Shown one piece after another: positions 35,642-45,085 of a DNA stretch of 64,000 nt. The stretch is from a virus, in the IMG/VR virus record IMGVR_UViG_3300048686_000449, positions 11,899-75,898 of that record; one strand, 5' to 3'. The position numbers and the translations under genes are program-made. The notes under the pieces were generated by a model that was given only the letters and a program-made list of their open reading frames with translations, had not been told where the DNA came from and made no database searches. The first letter of the stretch is position 1; every line of letters starts with the position of its first letter.

Positions 35642-36192
35642 AAAAAATTCCCCCCTCCAGATAATCCTAATGCCTTTGCATAACGAGGAGTATTACATGC
35701 CCAATATGCAGCACTCGTTCGATCTTTCTGTGTAGAACATTTATGTCGTGCAGCGAATGACTTTCTTCGTTCAGGATTATTCATCTTTACACTTAATCCT
35801 GTGGTATCACCCCAGGTTACTTTTTTGACGCCACCATCTGGCTTGCGCACATACACATAAAACTTCTTAGGACCTCCGCGTTTTGGCTTATTTAATGGTG
35901 GGGTCGCTTCGTCTTCTTCCGCAATCATTGGACAATCCAATGGAACCATCGTTCCTTCATAGAGTTCAAATTCGCCAATATCAGTTTCTTCTAATAAGAT
36001 TCGATCCAGTTCAGATAATTGAATCACACCCTCTAATTGTAATTCGCGAGCCGTCCGAAATAGTTCAAAATACTTTTCAGATCCTACGCGGAAAATATTT
36101 TCCTGAAGCGGAACTTGATTAGTGAGATGCCAATCAAGTGCTTCCGCAATAGTTTGATCGGGTGCTGTATAATAGAATTTAAAAGATTTCAT
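35635..36192 (-). CDS. conserved hypothetical phage protein
   Basis: LNKPKRGG.KKFYVYV...KV.WGD...RRKSF.ARH.C...A.YWAC. Confidence 0.65.
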   Translation of the reverse strand: MKSFKFYYTAPDQTIAEALDWHLTNQVPLQENIFRVGSEKYFELFRTARELQLEGVIQLSELDRILLEETDIGEFELYEGTMVPLDCPMIAEEDEATPPLNKPKRGGPKKFYVYVRKPDGGVKKVTWGDTTGLSVKMNNPERRKSFAARHKCSTQKDRTSAAYWACNTPRYAKALGLSGGGNFFW

Positions 36193-38042
36193 GATTTCTT
36201 TATTAAAAACGTTTTACTTTTGACTGGAGCTCCCGCTCGTCCACCCATTTTCATATTCCATTCATCCTTATCAGGACCCCATTGTTGTGGTGTCGTTTCA
36301 TCATACCCATAGGTGGTTTCTTGCATTTTCTTTTTCACTTGTGCAAATGACAATTTCTGTTTAGGCGACTGTTCTAAGGTTTTCAATTTCGTATAGTAAT
36401 CGGGACGTTCTTTCAAATGATCTAATGCAATCTTGAGTGCAATATCCTGATCTTTCGTGTGTTCCATTTCTACTTCAATGCCCATTTCTAACTGCGCCAT
36501 AATAGACTTGTGGGAGACTCCATGTTTTTTCGCTAACTGGTCAATCATGGTTTCGCTTTGCTCCTCGATTATCTGCGATTCTTTGATACTGCGTTTTGGA
36601 TAGGAATCTACGGGTATCAAACGATTTTCGTGAAGATGATGTGTGATCAGACCGTGTGTGCCATACCGTCCAAATCCATAATATCGCAATCCTAGTTCAG
36701 CAATTTCATCAGAGAGATCTGGTCTTGGATGATCGGGAAGTGCAGGACGAATTGATTCAAAAAGCTGGTATGCGATTGGATCTTGGGAGTCGCGTGTAAG
36801 AAACTGATCAATGCGATGACGAATTTGCGTCAATTCAATGTTTTTTGATTCTGTAATCGTCAAATCAATCTGGGGATTCAACAGATCAATTGAGTTATCA
36901 AATACAATCAAATCTTCTTCAAACAAATCTTTAAAACGATCTAAGGCTTGTTGAGATCGTTCCCATTTTTCATGACGAATTGATTCTGTCATACATCGAC
37001 CACCGCGATGCCCACGAAGTTGATTACGATGTTGAGAACTTTCATCTGTAGTACTCACAAATGTCATCGCTGTGCTATATCCGACTGACTCCAATAGTTC
37101 AGCAATATGCACAATCTTATCCGCATCCTCAGCAGATCCGTTGACAATAATTCCTTGTGACCCTTCCAAGACCAACCGCGATCTCAAATCTGAGATCATC
37201 AATTTAGAAAGAGATTTTGTGGTTGAGTGCATCAAATGATCATAGATTTTTTCTGCACTTATTTCTGTCAATCCACATCCCTCAAAGACTCGTTTCAAAA
37301 GAAAATCTTTACCTGATCCTGGTCCGCCAACCAAAAACATGGCTTTATAGAGAGGTGGTTCAGGTGTATGAACTGATTCGGTAAGTTTCATGCTATGACG
37401 CACATCATGATAGAGTTCTTTGGCATGTTGATCCGAGACATGTGTGGGAACACCTTTACGAAATTCTTTGAAGTTGCCCGACTTCGCATGTTCTCGCATC
37501 TTTGATGCACTCATACCTTCGGCTCCTTCAGCATCGGGGTCTCTCTTTCCCGCTGACACTACTTTGATGGACTTGAACTTGTATTCTTTTCCATTATACT
37601 TGTTCAGGAGTTGCTTATACTGATGCGTGCGATCACTTCCTGCGACAAAGACTAAATGTTGATGCCCTGCCTGGTTCAATCGTTTGGCATGATGAATCAG
37701 TGTTGGCTCGTCTTTTGATGCAGCGGTAATCTTAGTGCCAGGAAAGTATCGCTTGAGATGCTTTATTTTTTGACTTGGCGACAGTGGATTCTTTTTAGAG
37801 TCCTGAGAATGGGAGACGACGAGTTCTTTATGATGACCCTCACCCACCTCATGGATCTTATCGACGAGTTTAGCGTGTCCAGTCGTTGGGGGATTCAGCC
37901 GCCCAAATGCCAGAACCGCTGTTGATTCTTTACCTTCAGAATACAGTTTCGGAAAAACTTCGGTGTAGGGCTGCGGAACTACTGAACTGGTGGCAGTGTT
38001 CGCTTTAGGGGAAAATATAGGTTTAGTGCTAAATTTTGACAT
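36189..38042 (-). CDS. cytidylyltransferase-like (HIGH) / P-loop kinase / DUF5661-like fusion
   Basis: FGRLNPPTTGH, VAGSDR and MSASKMR; GGPGSGKD; LEMGIEVEMEHT...ALDHL.E.PDYYTKL. Confidence 0.75.
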   Translation of the reverse strand: MSKFSTKPIFSPKANTATSSVVPQPYTEVFPKLYSEGKESTAVLAFGRLNPPTTGHAKLVDKIHEVGEGHHKELVVSHSQDSKKNPLSPSQKIKHLKRYFPGTKITAASKDEPTLIHHAKRLNQAGHQHLVFVAGSDRTHQYKQLLNKYNGKEYKFKSIKVVSAGKRDPDAEGAEGMSASKMREHAKSGNFKEFRKGVPTHVSDQHAKELYHDVRHSMKLTESVHTPEPPLYKAMFLVGGPGSGKDFLLKRVFEGCGLTEISAEKIYDHLMHSTTKSLSKLMISDLRSRLVLEGSQGIIVNGSAEDADKIVHIAELLESVGYSTAMTFVSTTDESSQHRNQLRGHRGGRCMTESIRHEKWERSQQALDRFKDLFEEDLIVFDNSIDLLNPQIDLTITESKNIELTQIRHRIDQFLTRDSQDPIAYQLFESIRPALPDHPRPDLSDEIAELGLRYYGFGRYGTHGLITHHLHENRLIPVDSYPKRSIKESQIIEEQSETMIDQLAKKHGVSHKSIMAQLEMGIEVEMEHTKDQDIALKIALDHLKERPDYYTKLKTLEQSPKQKLSFAQVKKKMQETTYGYDETTPQQWGPDKDEWNMKMGGRAGAPVKSKTFLIKKS

Positions 38043-38073
38043 TTTTCGCCTCTACAGCAAATAGTCTCTACTA

Positions 38074-39048
38074 CTATTTAGTCTTTTTGAGAGTTGCCAC
38101 CGCTAAAATATCATCAACAGTATTCCCTATCAAATGGGTGGAGTGAAGGCGGCGAGATCCTGCCACCAGTTGTTCACAATTCACGGTGTAAGTCTTTAGA
38201 ATCTCCTTTAATTGAGATTCGGACTCATAGACTGTTCCGAACTGTTTCAATAATCGCGCTCCCGCAATATTACGAGCAATCCAAGGAGTCTGATTTAGCA
38301 TACACTCTAATAGAACCAATCCAAAACCTTCTTCGCTTGAGTTCATAATATAGACATCCGCATCGGCAATAGCATTCGCTACATCGCTCTCCCTTTCTAA
38401 CATCAACGGAAGCACACGAGATGAGGCGGTTGGCATCAGATCCATTGAATTGTCATATCCAGTCGTGACCAGAATCGCATTTTCAAGATTCGCTTGTTCA
38501 AAGGTCTGAGCTAATTCCCGCATCCGTTTATTGGGCCAATACCCACCACAGGACAAAAAGAGTCGTGTTGTATTTGGAATTCCGTATTTCTCGCGAAAAA
38601 GTCCACGGGTTCCTGTACGTCGATTCGGATCAATTCCATGACGCACGACATAAGCGCGATCCCCAGCCTTATACTTAGAGACATGATCCCAATCTTCAAT
38701 CGTTGAACATCCAATCGCTGCAGCATAATTCATGGCCAACTGACACACAGGACTATCAGAGGGTTTAATAATCAGATATAACACCGGCGAGGTCAGACGA
38801 GGAATGGCTGACAATACAGCGTTTTGAACATGAACATCTCCACCATGGACCACGATCAAATCAAATGACTCATTAAAGATAATTCCATCTGAGGTGACTC
38901 GAACGCCATTTAAATCCCCATCGTGTTTCCCCGTAAAGACTGTGACCTCATGACCTCGACGTTGACATTCTTCAGCCATCCATTGGACATAATATTCAGA
39001 TCCCCCAGGGAATGGAGCATAACGATGAACCACAAAGCAGAGTTTCAT
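38074..39048 (-). CDS. glycosyltransferase, GT-B (GT4-like)
   Basis: PGGSE.Y and ADVYIMNSSEEGFGLVLLECM. Confidence 0.85.
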   Translation of the reverse strand: MKLCFVVHRYAPFPGGSEYYVQWMAEECQRRGHEVTVFTGKHDGDLNGVRVTSDGIIFNESFDLIVVHGGDVHVQNAVLSAIPRLTSPVLYLIIKPSDSPVCQLAMNYAAAIGCSTIEDWDHVSKYKAGDRAYVVRHGIDPNRRTGTRGLFREKYGIPNTTRLFLSCGGYWPNKRMRELAQTFEQANLENAILVTTGYDNSMDLMPTASSRVLPLMLERESDVANAIADADVYIMNSSEEGFGLVLLECMLNQTPWIARNIAGARLLKQFGTVYESESQLKEILKTYTVNCEQLVAGSRRLHSTHLIGNTVDDILAVATLKKTK

Positions 39049-39197
39049 TTGGATTCCCCTATCTTTTCGTCAATCAGTTCCCAGATCAATTCTCGCAAGT
39101 CTTTGAGTCCATCTTGACTAATGGGCGATCCAAAACGAACGGAGGAATCAAGAGACTGATGCCACTGTCGCAGTTGTTTGAGTTGAACGTCGGTCAT
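39045..39197 (-). CDS. hypothetical protein (50 aa)
   Basis: Hand-translated. Overlaps both neighbours by ATGA. Confidence 0.45.
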   Translation of the reverse strand: MTDVQLKQLRQWHQSLDSSVRFGSPISQDGLKDLRELIWELIDEKIGESK

Positions 39198-39901
39198 ACT
39201 TTTTCCGTTCTCAACCAGAGCCATTGTGGATGCTCATCTTTACATGGTTCCGTCAGCACAATATCCGTATGGTGAAATCCAGCCGTTTCGACATCCTGCG
39301 TCAAGACAGACAAATCTTCGACTCGCACATCCTTATTCACAAATTCATCATCGTGCGCAAACGTCTCAGCAAAATAATCAACCGAACGAGGATGTCCAGG
39401 TCCATATCCAGTTTGAAAACAGAAATACCCACCTGGCTTCAGCACGCGATTGACTTCTTTATAAAGATTGAGTCGAACTGCGCGTGATGTAATGTGTTGA
39501 TGAGAAATCACCATAAACACAATATCATAACTGGCATTCCCAATCATCGGAAGCGACTTGCCATCCATGGCCCATAGATTCGGAATCGGCACTCCTGCGT
39601 CTGTTAGATTGATTCGTGCTTTGATCAAGGTATCAGGAGCGATATCGACGCCATCAATCCGCGCAAACCAGTCACGAAAGAGAATCATATTGCGTCCAGG
39701 ACCACACCCGATTTCCAAGACCACTTTATCTTTCGTATTCTGAATTCCACGAAACAGATGAGTCTTATAATAGGGGAAACTATTATGGAAATCATACCAA
39801 CCGACAACAGGATTCTTATTCTGTAGGGACCAGGTTTGAGAAATCCCATTCCAGAAATCTGATTGTCGTTTCAGAAACGATCCTTCACTCATCTTAGACA
39901 T
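39194..39901 (-). CDS. class I SAM-dependent methyltransferase
   Basis: VLEIGCGPGR, GVDIA and RVLKPGG. Confidence 0.9.
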   Translation of the reverse strand: MSKMSEGSFLKRQSDFWNGISQTWSLQNKNPVVGWYDFHNSFPYYKTHLFRGIQNTKDKVVLEIGCGPGRNMILFRDWFARIDGVDIAPDTLIKARINLTDAGVPIPNLWAMDGKSLPMIGNASYDIVFMVISHQHITSRAVRLNLYKEVNRVLKPGGYFCFQTGYGPGHPRSVDYFAETFAHDDEFVNKDVRVEDLSVLTQDVETAGFHHTDIVLTEPCKDEHPQWLWLRTEKV

Positions 39902-40700
39902 AAAGCCCCCCATTCAAATATTTCGTTGTAAACCACGGATACCAATCGATCTCAGGAATCTGCGATGGAGTGGTGTATTGAATCATACTCCCAATCCCAT
40001 TGATGCCATTTCCTGGCGCATCCCATTTCGCTTTGAAATGCGATTGTGATTGGTGTAGAGCAGTGTTTCTTCGATTCAATTTTCCTTCTGTTTCTTCGTG
40101 CTGATTCACATAGGTAGAATCAACAGCCTTGGCGTGAATATCAGTCGGAATAATTCTTCCCACGCCAATATCATTATGCGTAAATCCCCAGTCGTGACTG
40201 TCTGTCACTGAGAGACGATCACGATCATAACTGATCCAGATACGTTTGAGGAAATCCGCATCCCCACAATAACATCCCAAATAGCGTTCATCAAACCATC
40301 CTGCCTTTTGTAACACAGATTTGGTCAGATAAAAGAACTGATCTCCCGCAGGACCCCAAATCAGATCATACTTGGGCATATTCTCTTCGAGCAACGCACG
40401 AAATGCTGCAGGATTCGTGATGCAAGTATCATCCTGAATACAAATTATTCGTTCTTCCGTTTTGAATGCTTTGAGAAAGATGTTATTCCAAGATCGCGCA
40501 CAATACGAATTCGATTCTGGATCTGACAATGTATTATAGATGATATGGAGTCGTTCTTGTTTCAATAACTCGTGATTCTCTTCAGTCAATTCAATGACTG
40601 GATGATTAGAAAAAATATGAACATCAGCCCAATCCTTGAACGCATTGATCTGCCGGTTGAGAGCTTGAGGACGATTGAATGTCAAAATCCAAACTTGCAT
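39894..40700 (-). CDS. glycosyltransferase, GT-A (GT2-like)
   Basis: ILTFNRP, ARSWN, QDD and GWFDERY...D.D. Confidence 0.75.
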   Translation of the reverse strand: MQVWILTFNRPQALNRQINAFKDWADVHIFSNHPVIELTEENHELLKQERLHIIYNTLSDPESNSYCARSWNNIFLKAFKTEERIICIQDDTCITNPAAFRALLEENMPKYDLIWGPAGDQFFYLTKSVLQKAGWFDERYLGCYCGDADFLKRIWISYDRDRLSVTDSHDWGFTHNDIGVGRIIPTDIHAKAVDSTYVNQHEETEGKLNRRNTALHQSQSHFKAKWDAPGNGINGIGSMIQYTTPSQIPEIDWYPWFTTKYLNGGLYV

Positions 40701-40712
40701 TCTTTACTCCCA

Positions 40713-42086
40713 TCACTTATGATGTTGAAGAAACACTTGTAAATCTTCAGGTACACCGAGTCCCCACATTTCTTCAACAGACTTGACACGAATCCGTTTT
40801 CCATCCTCAATCGCTTGGTTGAACACGGGGCACACATAAAATTCATTATTGAATCGAATATTTCGTTCAATCATCTGTTCGGCATACTTGACATAATCCG
40901 AACCTTTACGCCAATAGTAGATACCTACCGTTGCAATATTGGAGATCGGTTTCTTTTCTGCAACCTCTTTCACAAATCCGTGTTCATCCAACGCCGCATA
41001 GGACCATTTAGGATGGGTCGCGGTAAAGGTCAGAATGCCACCATCAATCCCATCAGCGGTAAACGCATAGAGACATTCATTAGAGTTCCATTTCACAAAT
41101 TGATCGGAGTTCGCAATCACCAAGGGATTGTCATTGTTGATAAACTCTTTTGCTAAAAGAGTGGTACACGCAGCACCCTGCGTGACGCCATCGACTTGCA
41201 CAATCGTCACATTATCGGACAACAGATTCAACAAATACTTGAGATTATACTTTTCATAATGTTCTTTCTGAACCAGAAAGATATAATTGGCTTCAATGTT
41301 CAGGTTTTCGACTACCACCTGAATCATCGGCTTGCCGTTCACTTCAATGAGTGGCTTAGGAAACGTATATCCTGCTGCCGCAAATCGTGATCCAGCCCCA
41401 GCCATCGGAATCAACACATTCATCTTTTTGTCGCGCCACGGAATCGACTGCGACCGATCTTGGTGTTCAAACTGATCCATCCATGCCATAAAACGATCCT
41501 CCTTCAAATCAGCAACATTTTCTACAGGATACAGATGCGCACCAGAATCCAATGCGCCTTGACGACCAATATGACTATCTTCAATAATGACTGTATGTTT
41601 AGGCAACACTTTCATCGCCGTCATACATTGCCAATACATTTCTGGAAAAGGTTTCGGGTGACCCACATCCTCATTGCTCACAATATGATTTACATAAGGC
41701 AGCAAGCCAATCGCATTGAGTGCAGTCTTGATGGTCTCCCGAATCGCATTACTGGCGACTGCGATTTTCCATCCACGCTTCTGTAACGCAATCGCAATAT
41801 TGATCGCAGTCACATTCATCTGAAGATTGGATAATAATTTGACGGTGTACTCTTGTTTCAATTTCCAAATCACATCAAACAGAGTGCGAGGCAACCCTCT
41901 GGTCTCTGCTAATTTTTCCAGCTTCTTCGTGGTGGGTAATCCATCAAACACACTCAGGTGATCTTCACGACTAATCACATAGGATTCATCGAATGCCGCG
42001 AGTGCGTGATTCAGAGCTTCAAAATGTGCGTCACGTGAATCAATCAAGACTCCATCCAAATCAAAAATCAACAGTTTAGTGAGCAT
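40713..42086 (-). CDS. HAD phosphatase / sugar nucleotidyltransferase fusion
   Basis: FDLDGVLID, KP.PE and EDS; LIPMAGAGSRF...PKPLI. Confidence 0.88.
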   Translation of the reverse strand: MLTKLLIFDLDGVLIDSRDAHFEALNHALAAFDESYVISREDHLSVFDGLPTTKKLEKLAETRGLPRTLFDVIWKLKQEYTVKLLSNLQMNVTAINIAIALQKRGWKIAVASNAIRETIKTALNAIGLLPYVNHIVSNEDVGHPKPFPEMYWQCMTAMKVLPKHTVIIEDSHIGRQGALDSGAHLYPVENVADLKEDRFMAWMDQFEHQDRSQSIPWRDKKMNVLIPMAGAGSRFAAAGYTFPKPLIEVNGKPMIQVVVENLNIEANYIFLVQKEHYEKYNLKYLLNLLSDNVTIVQVDGVTQGAACTTLLAKEFINNDNPLVIANSDQFVKWNSNECLYAFTADGIDGGILTFTATHPKWSYAALDEHGFVKEVAEKKPISNIATVGIYYWRKGSDYVKYAEQMIERNIRFNNEFYVCPVFNQAIEDGKRIRVKSVEEMWGLGVPEDLQVFLQHHK

Positions 42087-42699
42087 CGCGATGTACCTTA
42101 TTATGACGCACAATAGCGTTTCCGTTACAGACCAATTTACAAGTTTTTCTCACACGAAGAGACCACTCAATATCTTCTGCTGATCCCCACATCATCTGTT
42201 CATTCAGTGGATATTGAATCGCAATTTTCTTTTTTAGAAGATAGTATCCCCCTGAGATGTACATATACTGCGTCAGTTCCCATTCATTATAATCAATCGG
42301 TGTATAACGAGGGATGGTCGGATGATCCCACATGACCCAATCGGTGAAGTGGCGTTTTCCCGTAATCAACAGCTGCTGATTGGAACAAATATCCCAGTCC
42401 TCACCAAAAGTTAAAAATTGATCATACCAGTTCCGATCAAAGACATAATAATCATGCATCAAGACAATATTGTCATACTCAGCTTGTTGACAAAGAATAT
42501 TTTTCTTTCGAGTAATCCAACCAGGGCGAACAGATTCATCAAATCCAAGACACCGCACCCGTCCATTTTTTCCATCTCGACCAGGACCAATAATCAAGAC
42601 TTCATAATGAGGGATGTGTAAATTGCGAATGGAGTTGACGATTTCATCCAGTCGCCCTTCATTAGAATAATCAGTAGTGATTGCAAAGGTAAAATTCAT
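42076..42699 (-). CDS. glycosyltransferase-like (GT-A)
   Basis: ITRKKN, VLMHDY and WG.AED.EWS. Confidence 0.65.
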   Translation of the reverse strand: MNFTFAITTDYSNEGRLDEIVNSIRNLHIPHYEVLIIGPGRDGKNGRVRCLGFDESVRPGWITRKKNILCQQAEYDNIVLMHDYYVFDRNWYDQFLTFGEDWDICSNQQLLITGKRHFTDWVMWDHPTIPRYTPIDYNEWELTQYMYISGGYYLLKKKIAIQYPLNEQMMWGSAEDIEWSLRVRKTCKLVCNGNAIVRHNKVHRDAH

Positions 42700-43562
42700 T
42701 CAGCATACTTCGCGTCAATCATCGACTTCCATTCTGGCACTCGATCATATTGATGCACAAGATAGTAGGGATCACCATGTTCAGTACAAATCAATCCATC
42801 TTTGAGAATTGGTTCGCCCTCAGTCAGGAAGGGACGAAACTCAGACACTTTATTAGGATCTTTGGTGGTACCTAACTGCGCAGCCCATGCTTCATTAGCA
42901 GCGGTGAATCGAGTGATGCTTTTATAGGCGCGAGTATTTAACAATATATTTACAGCCGCTTGATCTGCTCCTCCGCCACCAGGAACATGAAGAGGTGCGC
43001 CTAAACAGGTTAAGTAAACATTCAAAAAGAAATCCAGAAGATGAGAGAATCGACCAGAGATAGTCCCAGCATTATAAATGAGATTATTCTGAAACTGATC
43101 ATAGATTAGAGGCCCAAATGATTGATAAAGATTATTCCGACCCCATGGTTCATCTTTATAATGAATCGATTCACAAGCCACATTGATCTTCCACGGATCA
43201 ATAAGATTATCTTCAAGCCACTCTGAAGGATTGCGCTGAAAGATCACATCTTTGACATCCGTTGCGATCACATACCGATAGTCAGATTTGTTTTCCAGAC
43301 GATTAAGAAAATACCAAAGATGCAGAAAGCGTTCTCGCACGATATTGAATTCACCTGAATATACGAGATCTTTCGTTTCTGGATCTTGATTGAATGCAAG
43401 AATCGCATAGCCACGCCGTGCAAGTTCCTGCGCCACGTCGAACTTGATATTATAACACAGCATCGCCTTGGTTCCTTTGAACCCACAGCGATCTAATGAA
43501 TTGACCCAATTCTTAATTTGAGAAAAAGAATACCCTGTTACTGCACCAATCACAAGATCCAT
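42696..43562 (-). CDS. glycosyltransferase-like (GT-A)
   Basis: RF, TDVKDVIFQ.NP, NAG..G, DQA..N and VHQYDR. Confidence 0.7.
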   Translation of the reverse strand: MDLVIGAVTGYSFSQIKNWVNSLDRCGFKGTKAMLCYNIKFDVAQELARRGYAILAFNQDPETKDLVYSGEFNIVRERFLHLWYFLNRLENKSDYRYVIATDVKDVIFQRNPSEWLEDNLIDPWKINVACESIHYKDEPWGRNNLYQSFGPLIYDQFQNNLIYNAGTISGRFSHLLDFFLNVYLTCLGAPLHVPGGGGADQAAVNILLNTRAYKSITRFTAANEAWAAQLGTTKDPNKVSEFRPFLTEGEPILKDGLICTEHGDPYYLVHQYDRVPEWKSMIDAKYAE

Positions 43563-43582
43563 AATTACCTCATTATCTACTC

Positions 43583-43720
43583 TTATTTAGTGGACTGCCC
43601 TGGAGTCTCCTCTTGATACTTTTTGACCACTTCAGACCGACCCCATTCCCCTGCTCCTGCTTTGGACACAAAATCCTGCTTGGGTTTATACTTTGCGATA
43701 TATTTCTTGAACTGAAGCAT
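43583..43720 (-). CDS. small basic protein (45 aa)
   Basis: Hand-translated MLQFKKYIAK...GAGEWG...YQEETPGQ, with a CTS-like N-terminus. Confidence 0.5.
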   Translation of the reverse strand: MLQFKKYIAKYKPKQDFVSKAGAGEWGRSEVVKKYQEETPGQSTK

Positions 43721-43732
43721 AAAAACTCAAAT

Positions 43733-43824
43733 ATTATAAATAGATGTGGGTCGCGATGCTACTAACATCCACCCACTCTAACACCATAGCTTTAGAAGGG
43801 AGTGTCAGCATGTCTATTTATAAT
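43733..43824 (+). repeat. conserved structured leader element, copy 2
   Basis: Perfect 12-bp inverted repeat ATTATAAATAGA/TCTATTTATAAT enclosing TGTGGGTCGCG...CACCCACTCTAAC...GAGTGTCAGCATG. Confidence 0.85.
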
Positions 43825-44472
43825 ACTACAAACAACATCTCAAGTCAAGAAACCCAATACAAGTTCTATGTCTACGCTTATCTGAGAAAGCGAAACGGAA
43901 CTCCATATTACATCGGAAAAGGTAAAGGTCGTCGTGTATATGCTACTCATAAAGGAATTTCTATTCCTTCAGATCGTTCTAAAATTATATTTCTAGAAAA
44001 GAATCTAAGTGAAGTTGGTGCGTTCGCATTAGAAAGAAGATATATCAGATGGTATGGAAGAAAAGATCTGGGAACAGGAATCCTTCTCAATAAAACAGAC
44101 GGCGGAGAGGGAACAGATAACATCTCACCTGAAACAAGAAAAAAGCGATCAGAATCAAGAAAAAGATGGTGTAAAGAAAATCCAAATTCAAATCCAATGA
44201 ATAATCCAAAATATCGCGAAAAAATCAGCAAATCTTTGACAGGAAGACATCATTCACCAGAAACTATAGAAAAACTCAAAAAGTCTCATAAAGGAATGAC
44301 TGGAAGAAGACACTCTGATGAAACACGAGCGAAAATATCAGAAACTAAGAAAAGAAAATGGCAAAATCCAGAATTCAGACAAAAAATGATGAGTGTGCTT
44401 CAAGGAACAGAATATAGAGAAAAAATGTCCAAAACTATGAAGGAACTCTTGTCAACGCAAGAATCTTCTTGA
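43810..44472 (+). mobile_element. free-standing GIY-YIG homing endonuclease with NUMOD3 repeats
   Basis: FYVYAYLR...PYYIGKG, LER..I.WYGR and [10 protein letters not shown]. Repeats HSPET.EK and [10 protein letters not shown]. Opposite strand. Confidence 0.88.
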
Positions 44473-44713
44473 TGACATCTTCTAGAATTTTGGCCCTCCC
44501 AGGCCAGTAGATATACGCCTTATCAGAAGTCTTCAACATCTTCACGAGAAACGGCATTACCATCTTTTCCACTTGCTGAAGGCGGTCTTTGAGTTCATCG
44601 ACGGTATCAGCAGATTCGTTGATAACTTTATTGTACTCTTCTTCTGAGACAGCAGAAAATCCAAATGCATCATCGTCGTATTCTTGAAGAATTTGTGAGA
44701 GATCAATCGCCAT
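44435..44713 (-). CDS. conserved hypothetical protein
   Basis: [10 protein letters not shown]...YIYWPGR. Confidence 0.65.
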   Translation of the reverse strand: MAIDLSQILQEYDDDAFGFSAVSEEEYNKVINESADTVDELKDRLQQVEKMVMPFLVKMLKTSDKAYIYWPGRAKILEDVIKKILALTRVPS

Positions 44714-45084
44714 TATTTTTTCTCCGGTTCGCACGACAAATTTGTGCCTGAAAGTTTTGAATATCCTACAATCACTGTAAAACCATACGGTCGAATGGGA
44801 TTAGGATCAATATACGCAAACAGAATCCGATAGCGTTCATCATCGACAGTTTTTCGATCCAGAGATGCGCTAATAATTCGCACTTCCACAACAATCTGCC
44901 CTGCAGAGTCTGGGGCCATCTCCTCGATAACCCACGTATAAGATCGAGGACCACCATGCTTTGTATTGTTCTGAATGAATCGTTCGATGAGCGTCGGAAT
45001 ATCGCGTTCCATTTCCGCAGGGGTCATAGCCCAAGCAGAAACGGAGAGAAGCGACCATATTAGGAAAACGAGTATCCAACGCAT
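44713..45084 (-). CDS. secreted hypothetical protein
   Basis: Signal peptide ending AWA. Confidence 0.55.
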   Translation of the reverse strand: MRWILVFLIWSLLSVSAWAMTPAEMERDIPTLIERFIQNNTKHGGPRSYTWVIEEMAPDSAGQIVVEVRIISASLDRKTVDDERYRILFAYIDPNPIRPYGFTVIVGYSKLSGTNLSCEPEKK

Positions 45085-45085
45085 A

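Noticed and set aside
43744-43809. N-terminal extension [10 protein letters not shown]... of the GIY-YIG ORF
   Set aside because: It translates the conserved leader. The true start is the ATG at 43810, after the SD, as in the other copies.
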